A stretch of 64,000 nt of DNA from Bdellovibrionales bacterium (lineage in GTDB: Bacteria; Bdellovibrionota; UBA1018; CAIMNF01), in contig JAFEAO010000006.1 of NCBI GenBank assembly GCA_018266375.1, positions 222,930-286,929 of the forward strand, in the 5' to 3' direction. Both the position numbers and the translations under genes were made by a program. Every line of letters begins with the position of its first letter. Within the stretch, counting starts at the first letter, position 1. The notes under the pieces were generated by a model that saw nothing but the letters and a program-made list of their open reading frames with translations, made no database searches and had not been told where the DNA came from. Below, one piece after another: positions 10,235-19,022 of the stretch.

Positions 10235-10252
10235 AAATAGGCTAACCTATTT
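10235..10252. promoter_or_regulatory. Perfect 7-bp inverted repeat (AAATAGG-ctaa-CCTATTT) in a divergent promoter region, candidate operator
   Basis: Seen directly in the sequence between the divergent genes at 10197(-) and 10296(+). Confidence 0.25.
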
Positions 10253-10295
10253 TAGTTATTAAGAAAAGGTGCCGAAGAGAGGATGGGAGAAGGTA

Positions 10296-11216
10296 ATGTT
10301 CAGCATCACAGATTATCGCATGGTAGTACTTTATGCGGGCTACGCATTGATCGCGGCCGCCGTGTTTTGGTTCACGCGGATGCTGCTCAGCGAGCAAGAG
10401 AACATTTCCGCATCCGAAAATTTGCGCGAGATCGATGGCAAGCGCACTTCGAACGCACTCGTGCGCGCGACGCGTCCGTTTTTTTCGCAGTACATTCTCC
10501 CATCCGTTCGCGGACGTCCCGGACTCGAAGAGTCGCGCGTAAAATATCGCCGTAAGATCATCAGCGCAGGCGTGAAAGACGAAATCACCGCCGACGAGTT
10601 TATTGCTTTTAAAATCATGTTGATCGTCGTGTTCCCGCTCATCGCCGGATTCGTCCGCGCGCTCAGTCTCTACGACGTTCCAAAAGAAATTTTCCCGATT
10701 CTCCCGATCCTCGGATATTTCTATCCGGATTTCTGGGTGAGCAGCCTCATCAAAGAGCGTCACGTACGGGTCCTGAAGTCTCTCCCATTCGTCGTGGACT
10801 TGCTTGCGCTCTCGACCGAGGCGGGCTTAGATTTCATCGGTGCGATCCAGAAAGTCGTGGAAAAAGCTTCACCAAGCCCGCTCATTGACGAACTCGAACA
10901 AGTGCTCAAGGAAATCAAAGTGGGTTCATCACGCGCGGAAGCGCTACGCGAGATGGCGTTCAGGATCAATATGCAGGAAGTGAACTCTTTCATCGCGGTA
11001 CTTGTGTCAGCGGATCAGATGGGTGCGTCGATCGGTAAGATCTTGCGCCAGCAATCGGATCAAATTCGGACTCTGCGGTTCGTTCGGGCGGAAAAAATGG
11101 GTGCATTATCCGCACAGAAGTTGATGATTCCAACCTTTGTTCTCATTCTCCCTGCCATTCTTGCAGTAATGCTGGGGCCGTTTTTTTTACATGCGGTGAT
11201 CGGAGGTAACGGATGA
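10296..11216 (+). CDS. tadC: TadC-like pilus assembly membrane protein (T2SS F domain)
   Basis: Topology of TM helices flanking a cytoplasmic GspF-like domain (LPFVVDLLALSTEAGLDF...AEALREMA). Start chosen at MFSITDY (10296) with a GGAGAAGG Shine-Dalgarno. Confidence 0.7.
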   Translation: MFSITDYRMVVLYAGYALIAAAVFWFTRMLLSEQENISASENLREIDGKRTSNALVRATRPFFSQYILPSVRGRPGLEESRVKYRRKIISAGVKDEITADEFIAFKIMLIVVFPLIAGFVRALSLYDVPKEIFPILPILGYFYPDFWVSSLIKERHVRVLKSLPFVVDLLALSTEAGLDFIGAIQKVVEKASPSPLIDELEQVLKEIKVGSSRAEALREMAFRINMQEVNSFIAVLVSADQMGASIGKILRQQSDQIRTLRFVRAEKMGALSAQKLMIPTFVLILPAILAVMLGPFFLHAVIGGNG

Positions 11217-11560
11217 TGATTACCCGTAAACACGATCAGGCGGTAGTGGTTCACGCCGGCAAAATAGCCAACACCTTTGTTTCCCGCCTCGTGGGCTGGA
11301 TCGGCAAACGTCAGGCTCATCTGGGCGAGGGGCTTTGGTTTACCAACAGCAACAGCGCACACATGTGGATGATGAGCATTCCGATCGACGTCGTTTTTTT
11401 GAGCCGCGACCGGAAGATCGTAAAAACGTTTTCGAACTTGAAACCTTGGAGGCCGCTCCCGGTGTTGTGTATTGGCGCGGATTCCATGCTAGAGCTTCCT
11501 GCCGGTACGGTGGAGACGCTGAACTTGAAGAGTGGGGAGGAATTGTGCATCGACTCGTGA
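11213..11560 (+). CDS. DUF192 (COG1430) family protein
   Basis: About 115 aa with a PIDVVFL...LELPAGT pattern typical of DUF192. ATGA overlap with tadC. Confidence 0.55.
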   Translation: MMITRKHDQAVVVHAGKIANTFVSRLVGWIGKRQAHLGEGLWFTNSNSAHMWMMSIPIDVVFLSRDRKIVKTFSNLKPWRPLPVLCIGADSMLELPAGTVETLNLKSGEELCIDS

Positions 11561-13182
11561 TCGTCGCCGGTCCTAACCGGGGCAGTTCATTCGCATTAGT
11601 GGACGGAGACAACTCGATTGGTCGTCAAATAGACAACCATATCGTGCTGACTTCCGTCAAAGTGTCGAAGCGTCACTGCACGGTATCGGTGAATCACGAA
11701 GACGTGATCCTGACCGACGCGGGTAGCACGAACGGCGTGTTCGTGAACGGTGCCTTGGTCAAAAAGCATATTTTGCGTCCGGGCGATCGCGTGAGCGTCG
11801 GTGATTTCGTGCTGGAGTTGATCCGGGTCTCCTATATGACCGGCGCGGCCCCAAGTCAGAACGCTCAACAGATGCCGATGATCCAAAGTCACGGCCAAGT
11901 TTATCCCATGAGCCAGATTGGCGGCGGCGCACTCACCGAGAACACCAATCCGGGTCTCGAAGTGCCGAAGAACGCGCTCGAGGCTCCGGACGATCCGGTT
12001 GGAAAAATTCAGTTCGCGTTTGAAAATCGTTTCATGCCGATCTTCTACGGAATGCTGCTCAAGACCGAGTTCCGCTCGCTCGTGGGCGCGCTCATGGTCG
12101 GAGTGGTCACGCTTTCGGTGGTGGGTTCGATCATGCCGATGCAGGACCTTGCGATGAAGAGTATTCAGCGCGAAGGTTTGATCCGTGCAAAAGTGGTCGC
12201 GCGCGAAATCGCGGATCGTTTTTTGCCGGCGCTCGCTAATCACGCCGAGTCCCAGATCGATCTGTCTCTCATCGAGAACGAAGAGAGTATCAAGATGGCG
12301 GCGATTACCAATACGAGTTTGCAAATCATCGCGCCGCAATCGCGAATCAATCAGTTACTTGCCGGCGGCAAGGAAGCGATCTTCGCCAACTACATGGCAA
12401 AAGAATTTAAAGAAGGCCGCGAGCGCGGTAGCGGGCTCATTATCGGCGATACCGTCGCGGTTTACGTCGAGCCAATCAAAGTTACCGATCCTCGCCAGGT
12501 CAAAACGACGGTTCCGGCGATGGTCGTGGTAGCGGTCGACTTCTCGAATAACTTGATGGCGACCGGAGAGATGGGTGTCACGTACGGCGTGGGATTCGTT
12601 ATTGCAGGGATAGCGGCGTTCTTGGCGTACCTGATTATTCTACGTTTATCGTTTAAGCCCTATGAGGTTTTAAACGATGATCTGGACCAAGTTTTGCGTG
12701 GGGAATTGCCTCGCGTAACGCATGAGTTTAAAATAGAAGAAACGGCTGCGCTTTGGAATAACATCAACGCCGCCATTCAACGCATTCCACGATTGGGAGT
12801 GGGGGGCGATTCAGCCAGCACGGGCGAAACGATCAATGTCGACTGGGACATGGAATTGGCGGCGGTTCGCGCGCTGAGCGAAGCTTCAGGGTTTGGAATG
12901 ATCGGTTTTGATCAAAATTTAACGGTGCAGGCGCTGAACCCTCAGTTCGAGGAAATCAGCGGTATGGGCATCAATGCAATCGGACAGACAGTAAATCAGG
13001 CTGCTCGAGATCAGGCGTTTGTAGCGCTGGTCAATGATCTCATGGAGCGCGTGCTCGGCTCACCTTCACGTTCGGCGCTGGATGTTTTCGAGTTCAGCGG
13101 TTTGAACTATCAGGTGGTGGCGACCGGAGTCGGCCCGGCTTCGCAATCGGGCTTGTCGTTAGTATTCAAAAAGAAGGAGTGA
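11545..13182 (+). CDS. FHA-domain membrane protein
   Basis: N-terminal FHA domain (IGRQIDNHIVLTSVKVSKRHCTV...DAGSTNGVFVNG), at least two TM segments and a large extracytoplasmic region. GTG start at 11545 with a GGGGAGG Shine-Dalgarno, overlapping the DUF192 stop. Confidence 0.75.
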   Translation: MHRLVIVAGPNRGSSFALVDGDNSIGRQIDNHIVLTSVKVSKRHCTVSVNHEDVILTDAGSTNGVFVNGALVKKHILRPGDRVSVGDFVLELIRVSYMTGAAPSQNAQQMPMIQSHGQVYPMSQIGGGALTENTNPGLEVPKNALEAPDDPVGKIQFAFENRFMPIFYGMLLKTEFRSLVGALMVGVVTLSVVGSIMPMQDLAMKSIQREGLIRAKVVAREIADRFLPALANHAESQIDLSLIENEESIKMAAITNTSLQIIAPQSRINQLLAGGKEAIFANYMAKEFKEGRERGSGLIIGDTVAVYVEPIKVTDPRQVKTTVPAMVVVAVDFSNNLMATGEMGVTYGVGFVIAGIAAFLAYLIILRLSFKPYEVLNDDLDQVLRGELPRVTHEFKIEETAALWNNINAAIQRIPRLGVGGDSASTGETINVDWDMELAAVRALSEASGFGMIGFDQNLTVQALNPQFEEISGMGINAIGQTVNQAARDQAFVALVNDLMERVLGSPSRSALDVFEFSGLNYQVVATGVGPASQSGLSLVFKKKE

Positions 13183-13188
13183 TGGAAC

Positions 13189-14223
13189 TTGGAATCCGCT
13201 AAGGTCACCCGATTTAAAGCGACCGATGTCCCTCGCCAGCAAGGCGAGGTGGGACGGATCCGTGTCATCAAAGGACCGGACAAGGGAACCACTTATGTTC
13301 TGAAGGACTCGTCGCTGGTCATCGGCCGCGGCGAAGACGTCGACGTCATGATCACCGACATCAAGGCATCACGCGCTCACGCGCGCCTCGATTACACGTC
13401 GGGTGGTTGGGTGATGAGCGACCTGGGCTCGGCGAACGGAATTTTCTTCCAAGGCGAATACATCCGCAAGTTCGGCGTCGCCAGCCATGACCACTTCACG
13501 GTGGGCGAAACGATTTTAGAGTTTTTGACTCATACCGAGTCCACTCGCGTGTTGATGGCGCCGACCCGTCCGGCTCAAGCCGTCGTGCAACAAGACCGCG
13601 CTCTCATCGCTCAGCGGATGAAAGTGCAATCGATGGCCAAAGGTCCGGAGATTACTCAAAAAGCCGGCGCCAAAAAAGAAGATCCGAAGAAGATCATGCT
13701 CTATTTGGCGCTTCTCGCCGGCGGTTACTACTTTATGTTCATGGACGATAATCCGCCTCCGAAAACCCAGGAGACGAAGAAAGAATCGAAGGTCGAGAAA
13801 GATCAAAACCGCGGGCTTGCGTCTTATCTGCCACCGGGCGTGGGTCGCGAAGCCGCGAAGAGCGCCGAACAAAGTTATTGGGAAGGTTTCCGCGAGTATC
13901 GCGAAGGCCACTACTTGCGTGCCAAGGAACACTTCGAGCTCGCTTTGCAAGTGAATCCGGCGCACGATCTCGCGAGATTTTATTTGAAGAGCGCGGACAA
14001 GGAAATTGACGACGAAGTGAAGAGGATGCTGATGGCGGCGCAGAAGGCGACCGTCGCCGGACGTCTGCGCGAGGCCAAAGGTTATTATGAAACCGCGATG
14101 CGTGCGATGTTTAACGATCGCAGCAATCCGGATTATATCGAAGCGGAGGAAGCTCTGAAAAAGCTCACGAATGAATTGACGGAATCAAACCGTGTACCCG
14201 CCTCGGGGGAGGGTAAACAATGA
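13189..14223 (+). CDS. FHA-domain protein with a TM segment and TPR-like C-terminus
   Basis: FHA motif (IGRGEDVDVMITDIKASRAHARL...DLGSANGIFFQG), TM segment IMLYLALLAGGYYFMF, then a helical repeat region. TTG start with an AAGGAG Shine-Dalgarno 8 nt upstream. Confidence 0.7.
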   Translation: MESAKVTRFKATDVPRQQGEVGRIRVIKGPDKGTTYVLKDSSLVIGRGEDVDVMITDIKASRAHARLDYTSGGWVMSDLGSANGIFFQGEYIRKFGVASHDHFTVGETILEFLTHTESTRVLMAPTRPAQAVVQQDRALIAQRMKVQSMAKGPEITQKAGAKKEDPKKIMLYLALLAGGYYFMFMDDNPPPKTQETKKESKVEKDQNRGLASYLPPGVGREAAKSAEQSYWEGFREYREGHYLRAKEHFELALQVNPAHDLARFYLKSADKEIDDEVKRMLMAAQKATVAGRLREAKGYYETAMRAMFNDRSNPDYIEAEEALKKLTNELTESNRVPASGEGKQ

Positions 14224-16532
14224 GTGCATTAATGAAACTGGAAGTATTTCAGGACGGACAGCTTCTTCAAGAAGTGCCGGTGGATGAAAACGAATTGTGG
14301 GTGGGTCGCGACCAAGGCTGCGTCATCCGGTTGGAAGACCGGGCGATATCTCGCCGGCACGCGCTTTTGAAGAGCACCGATCGCGGCATCGAGTTCGAAA
14401 AGAAATCGAAGTTCGGTTGGGTAAAGGTCAACGGGCAGGACGCAACCCAGATTACCTTGAAATCGGGCGACCGTGTGGAAATGGGTCCGTATGAAATCCG
14501 GGTATCGGGTGCCGATGCTCCGGCGGGTGCAAGCGCGTCCGCGGATGTGATTCAAATGGCTGCTCCTGCCAACACTCCGAACGGAATGACCGTCGGTCCT
14601 GTTGTCGAATCTCCGATCCAACTCAACGATCCGCTAACCGGCGAACCCGTTCCGGGCGTCGAAGCATTGCCAGCCATCGAAATTCCGGCGTCGAATCCGC
14701 CCGAGCACACCAAGGTGCTCGGTCAAACGGCTGAAATCGCAGTCCCAAGCAATGAAAACGGCAATGAGGTCGGCCTCGACGTTCAGAAGATCGAAAAGAC
14801 AAGCGCTGGCGGAAACACCGGCGCGATGGATTACGGCGCGGTGTCGAGCGACGGCGCGACCAAAGTGTTCGGTCGCAAGGATCCGATCAAAGCGATTCTT
14901 CAATTTAACGACGGTCAAGCCAACGTTTCTCAGTATGAACTGAACGACAACGAAATCGCGATTGGCCGTTCGCAGCAGTGTCACGTTGTTCTCGAAGATA
15001 AAAAGTCTTCGCGTAAGCATGCGATCATCCGCCGTGAAGGCGATAAGTATTACTTGAAAGACTTGGGCTCCGCTAACGGTACCCAAGTCAATGGCTCGCG
15101 CGTGGACGACGTCGAACTTCAGAGCGGCGACCAAATCCAAATCGGCGAAACCGCATTCGCATTCAAAATCGTGCAAGCCGACTATGAAATCAAAAAGGAA
15201 GGTTTCATCGCGGTTCCACAGCACGAGATGCCTCCACCGCCGCCAGTCGGCTCGCATCGGGACGCGAACGTGATCGAGTCGTTGGACTATATTCCTCCCG
15301 ATGTGGGCAATGCTCCGACTCCGCAGCCGGAATTCTCAGCTCCGAAAGCCGAAAAGAAATCGTTGATCGGTAAAGCACTCGATCGCTACCGCGCGATGAA
15401 TACCCGCCAGCAGATCATCTGGGGTATCCTGGTTCTCGCCAGCCTGTACGTACTGATGATGGACGAGGAAGGCGATCATCAGCCGGCACGCCTCAACACC
15501 GGCCTCGTTCAAAAGTCGAAAGCGACCAAGCCGGGCGATAGAAAACCGGGTGAAGGCCAGAGCTTCGACGCGTTGACCGCCGAGCAAAAACGTTACATCG
15601 AGACTCAGTATCAGCTCTCGTTCGATCTTTATAAAAACCGCGAGTACGATAAAGCGCTTCTCGAAGTGGGCAAGATATTCAGTCTCGTGCAAGACTACAA
15701 GAACGCACGCGAGATCGAAGCGTTTTCCCGCGAAGGTAAACGTAAGCTTGAAGCTCAGGAAGAAGAACGGAAACGTAAGGAGCAGGAACGTCAAAGCCAG
15801 CTCAAACTTCAAAGCTTGCTCGAGCAAGCCGACATGCTCATGAGCAAAAAGCGATTCCACGAGGCCGAAGCGCTCTTCCCTGAAATCGAATTGATTCAGC
15901 CGGAGAACGCGGCGGTAAACGAATGGCGTAAGATCATCATGGCCGAAGGCGAGCGTCTCGATCGTGAACGCGAAGAGCAAGAGCGTCAGCAAGCGCTCGT
16001 CCGCCAGGGTTGGTCGAAACTCCAACGCGCGGTCGATTACAAAAAGGATCACGACTATCAAACCGCACTCGACGAACTTAACGAGATTGACGAGCTCGGC
16101 GTTCAAGATAGAAAATTGAAGAACGCGGTCCGGGACGAAGATTCCGCGATCCGCGGTCGCATCGCGGCTGAACGCGATCCGCTCCTCGTTCAAGGTAAAG
16201 AACTCGAGCAAAGCGGACAGCTCGCCGAAGCTTACAAGGCTTACGAGAAAGCGCATACTATCGATCCGGACGACAAGGTGTCGGAACAGGGCATGGCCCG
16301 TATTCACGGTAACCTGACCGCCCGGGCGAAGGCTCTATATATAGAGGGCGTCTTTGCCGAAAGCTATAACGATCTGGAGACGGCGGAGCGCAGTTACCGC
16401 GAGATCCTGAGCGTTGTGCCCAAGGACGACGAATATCACGCCAAAGCGGAACTCCGCTTGAAGCGCGTGACTTCATTCCGTAGACCGGCGGGCTCGGCGA
16501 GCAACGCTGGCTCCGGGGAGTCGCCTCAATGA
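14220..16532 (+). CDS. Tandem-FHA (two FHA domains) membrane protein with a long coiled-coil/TPR-like C-terminus
   Basis: FHA 1 (VGRDQGCVIRLEDRAISRRHALL). FHA 2 (IGRSQQCHVVLEDKKSSRKHAII...DLGSANGTQVNG). TM segment IIWGILVLASLYVLMM. Charged coiled-coil region (EERKRKEQERQSQ). ATGA overlap with the upstream gene. Confidence 0.8.
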   Translation: MSALMKLEVFQDGQLLQEVPVDENELWVGRDQGCVIRLEDRAISRRHALLKSTDRGIEFEKKSKFGWVKVNGQDATQITLKSGDRVEMGPYEIRVSGADAPAGASASADVIQMAAPANTPNGMTVGPVVESPIQLNDPLTGEPVPGVEALPAIEIPASNPPEHTKVLGQTAEIAVPSNENGNEVGLDVQKIEKTSAGGNTGAMDYGAVSSDGATKVFGRKDPIKAILQFNDGQANVSQYELNDNEIAIGRSQQCHVVLEDKKSSRKHAIIRREGDKYYLKDLGSANGTQVNGSRVDDVELQSGDQIQIGETAFAFKIVQADYEIKKEGFIAVPQHEMPPPPPVGSHRDANVIESLDYIPPDVGNAPTPQPEFSAPKAEKKSLIGKALDRYRAMNTRQQIIWGILVLASLYVLMMDEEGDHQPARLNTGLVQKSKATKPGDRKPGEGQSFDALTAEQKRYIETQYQLSFDLYKNREYDKALLEVGKIFSLVQDYKNAREIEAFSREGKRKLEAQEEERKRKEQERQSQLKLQSLLEQADMLMSKKRFHEAEALFPEIELIQPENAAVNEWRKIIMAEGERLDREREEQERQQALVRQGWSKLQRAVDYKKDHDYQTALDELNEIDELGVQDRKLKNAVRDEDSAIRGRIAAERDPLLVQGKELEQSGQLAEAYKAYEKAHTIDPDDKVSEQGMARIHGNLTARAKALYIEGVFAESYNDLETAERSYREILSVVPKDDEYHAKAELRLKRVTSFRRPAGSASNAGSGESPQ

Positions 16533-17278
16533 GTTCTAGCGAGTCCTGGGTCAAAACGCGTCTTCCGTTCAAATGGGTCGAGGGATTCCAGCTTCAGGGC
16601 GGACTCCCGGTCCAAGAGGATTACTTCGAGGTCAATGCCGATCGCGGGATTTTTATTTTGGCCGATGGCTTTGGCGGCGGCGCGGGAAAGTACGCAGCCG
16701 AAGTCGCGGTGAAAGCCGTACGCCAATTCTTGGAACAGGAGGCGGGCGACTTGGATGCGACCCTTCCGTTCGAGTTGCGGCCGTATTTTTCGCTCGCGGG
16801 AAACGTACTTTTCAACGCGATTTCTTACGCTAATCAAAAACTCATCGCCGCTAACAAAGGCAAAAACCCGCTGAACTCGGGCGGAACTTCTTTGATCGCG
16901 GGATACCTCGAGGGGCGCTTGCTCTCGGTCGCGAACGTCGGCACCTGCAGTTTGTTTTTATCTCGTGACGGCAAGAGCAAAGAAATTTTGGTCCCGCGCT
17001 CGCTTGCAAAACAAGTGAACCCGTTCGCGGACAGCATGGTAGAAGGCGCCGGCGTGCCTTTGATGAGTCTCGGAACCGCTCGCCAGCTCGAGCCCGAGAT
17101 CGTGGAGATCGAAGTTCGCGAAGGCGACCAGCTTTGTTTTCAATCGGCGCCGGTCACTGCCGAACTTCGCGATCAGTTGTTTCAATTGAATTCCAACAAG
17201 GGATTAAGCCAAATCATTGACGCTCAAGATACGGCGGGCATTCAGGGCAACGCTAGCCTGATTTGGACGGCATTCTAA
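16529..17278 (+). CDS. PP2C-family Ser/Thr protein phosphatase
   Basis: PP2C motifs (FILADGFGGG, GGTSLIAGYL, VANVGTCSLFLSRDG), about 250 aa like Stp/PrpC phosphatases. ATGA overlap with the FHA gene. Confidence 0.75.
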   Translation: MSSSESWVKTRLPFKWVEGFQLQGGLPVQEDYFEVNADRGIFILADGFGGGAGKYAAEVAVKAVRQFLEQEAGDLDATLPFELRPYFSLAGNVLFNAISYANQKLIAANKGKNPLNSGGTSLIAGYLEGRLLSVANVGTCSLFLSRDGKSKEILVPRSLAKQVNPFADSMVEGAGVPLMSLGTARQLEPEIVEIEVREGDQLCFQSAPVTAELRDQLFQLNSNKGLSQIIDAQDTAGIQGNASLIWTAF

Positions 17279-17320
17279 ATACACTCTAAATATGTAATAA
17301 TTAGAGTGAGGGGGAAATCT

Positions 17321-17563
17321 GTGTTTAGGGCATTTTCTCGGAAATTGAAGGTGATTTTACACCGCCGTAAGAAGCGTCGCTTGGGCAACCAAGGGCAAGC
17401 TTTGGTGGAGTACATCATTCTCCTCACGATCGTGATGGGCGTGGTGGCCTATTTCCTGAGTAAAATGACGGGATCCTTTGATATGACGACCGCCAAATAC
17501 GGGGGAGTAATCGAGAAGCAGATCCGAACAGGCTCTGCTCCGGCAACGGTATGGAATCGATAA
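17321..17563 (+). CDS. flp: Flp-family prepilin
   Basis: Basic leader, then G/QALVEYIILLTIV (Flp G-XXXXEY processing motif) and a hydrophobic helix. GTG at 17321 with a GAGGGGG Shine-Dalgarno (the ORF track begins at an upstream GTG at 17306). Confidence 0.6.
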   Translation: MFRAFSRKLKVILHRRKKRRLGNQGQALVEYIILLTIVMGVVAYFLSKMTGSFDMTTAKYGGVIEKQIRTGSAPATVWNR

Positions 17564-17844
17564 TTGCTAAACGCAGGAAGACGCAGTCCGGCCAAGCCGT
17601 ACTCGAGTACATCCTGCTCTTGGCGATCATCGTGTTTTTATATTCGCTGGTTTTGAACTCGATCTCCGGCTCGAACGGCTTCGAGAACATGAAAAAGCCG
17701 CTGACCAAGGACTTCAAGTATACCTATCAATACGGTCATCCTGAGGCGAGGGGTCAAGAAGATGGCGGTCCCAAGTTTATCCCGCAGCATCACGACGGGG
17801 CCCAAAACTTCAGAATTTTCATTAATCCGCCGATTAATGAATAG
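17551..17844 (+). CDS. Flp/TadE-like prepilin (second pilin)
   Basis: SG/QAVLEYILLLAIIVF motif after a basic leader. About 97 aa. Confidence 0.55.
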   Translation: MESIIAKRRKTQSGQAVLEYILLLAIIVFLYSLVLNSISGSNGFENMKKPLTKDFKYTYQYGHPEARGQEDGGPKFIPQHHDGAQNFRIFINPPINE

Positions 17845-17846
17845 AG

Positions 17847-18461
17847 ATGAGCCGTAAAAAGTATAAACAAATCAACGACAAATGCGAAAGCCGGGCGAGC
17901 AAGACACACTTGCGTTCGAACGCACTCGCGCGCTCACAAAGCGGACAAGCGCTGATCGAGTTCGTTCTCGGACTGATGATCGTCATCTCGTTTTTCTTTT
18001 TCTACGTGAAGATGGCGGCGGTGTTCGCCGTCGGAAATTATATTCACTACGCAACCTTCATGGCCGCACGCGCCTACTCATCCGGCGCAGGCTCGCCTGA
18101 CGAGCAAACCGCGAACGCCGAAGCGGTGTTGCAAAAAATGGTCGCCGGCCGTTTTAAAACTCTTTTGAAGCCGTCGTCGGATTCGGGCGGCTCGGTTCCC
18201 GGTGCAACCGTCGGCCCGGGGCCGTGGTATCAAGACGATCCGGCCCAAGATAATTGGAACCAAGGCGTCACATACTCGTATTCGACGAAAGTCGCCCTCT
18301 ACCCGTGGAGTAAAGGCAATCAGGCGATCACCATGAAACTCACCAGCGAAAGCTGGATGCGCCGTGAAGATACCGAAACCGAATGTAATGCCAAAAAAGG
18401 CCGCATTCAAGGCGGGATTCGTCTGCAAAACATTTCTGTGGAGTGGGACAATGGTTGCTAA
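17847..18461 (+). CDS. tadE: TadE-like pseudopilin
   Basis: SG/QALIEFVLGLMIVISFFFF TadE-type N-terminus. About 200 aa with a Gly/Pro-rich middle region. Confidence 0.65.
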   Translation: MSRKKYKQINDKCESRASKTHLRSNALARSQSGQALIEFVLGLMIVISFFFFYVKMAAVFAVGNYIHYATFMAARAYSSGAGSPDEQTANAEAVLQKMVAGRFKTLLKPSSDSGGSVPGATVGPGPWYQDDPAQDNWNQGVTYSYSTKVALYPWSKGNQAITMKLTSESWMRREDTETECNAKKGRIQGGIRLQNISVEWDNGC

Positions 18462-19020
18462 GACAATAACCCACGCTCAACGTATTCAAGACAATTCGGG
18501 ACAAAGCATCCTCGAAGTGGTGTTCATTCTCCCGTTCCTGTTTTTGTTCGTTGGCATGCTCTACAAGATCAATATGGCGATTCAGATGGCGATCAACAAC
18601 ACGCAGTATGCTCGCTCGCAAATTTACGTGCTGACCGCGAATTCTCCGGAGTACCCGCGTTACGCGTTCCGTTTCCTCGAAAAGGACTTGTTCGGGATGA
18701 ACAACCAGGATCGGATGGTTCTCGGCGTGTCTGATCCGAAGGCGATCAGCCAAGCGGCTTCAAACGACTCGTCGATCGAACCGTTGCCGCAAACGACCAA
18801 GATCAATCGCGCGGGCACGACCGTCAAAGGCAGTAACGAACGCGGTGAAGTGAATCTGAGAAATGAAATCCGGGTTCGAAATACGTCCGCGATTTGCACG
18901 CAGTTGAACTCGGTCGGTTCGAAGACTCCTTGGAGTTCGTCGAACGTGGTGGGTTTGAAATCTAAGCGTTGGCCGTTTGGCCAAACAGTTTGCCAGTACA
19001 GTGGCAAGAAGGAAGGTTAA
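18451..19020 (+). CDS. TadE/TadF-like pseudopilin
   Basis: SG/QSILEVVFILPFLFLFV motif. Start moved to MVAKTIT (18451), which has a GGAG Shine-Dalgarno. The ORF-track start at 18364 overlaps tadE. Confidence 0.6.
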   Translation: MVAKTITHAQRIQDNSGQSILEVVFILPFLFLFVGMLYKINMAIQMAINNTQYARSQIYVLTANSPEYPRYAFRFLEKDLFGMNNQDRMVLGVSDPKAISQAASNDSSIEPLPQTTKINRAGTTVKGSNERGEVNLRNEIRVRNTSAICTQLNSVGSKTPWSSSNVVGLKSKRWPFGQTVCQYSGKKEG

Positions 19021-19022
19021 CG

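Noticed and set aside
14229-16307. Long antisense ORFs (14634-15257 and 15336-16307 on the minus strand) within the tandem-FHA gene
   Set aside because: They lie opposite a gene with clear domain content (two FHA motifs). They are Leu/Arg/Phe-rich shadow frames.
17241-17320. Sigma-70 promoter upstream of the first flp gene
   Set aside because: A TTGGAC ... TAATAAT arrangement exists, but the spacing and -10 match are too weak to call without a scan.
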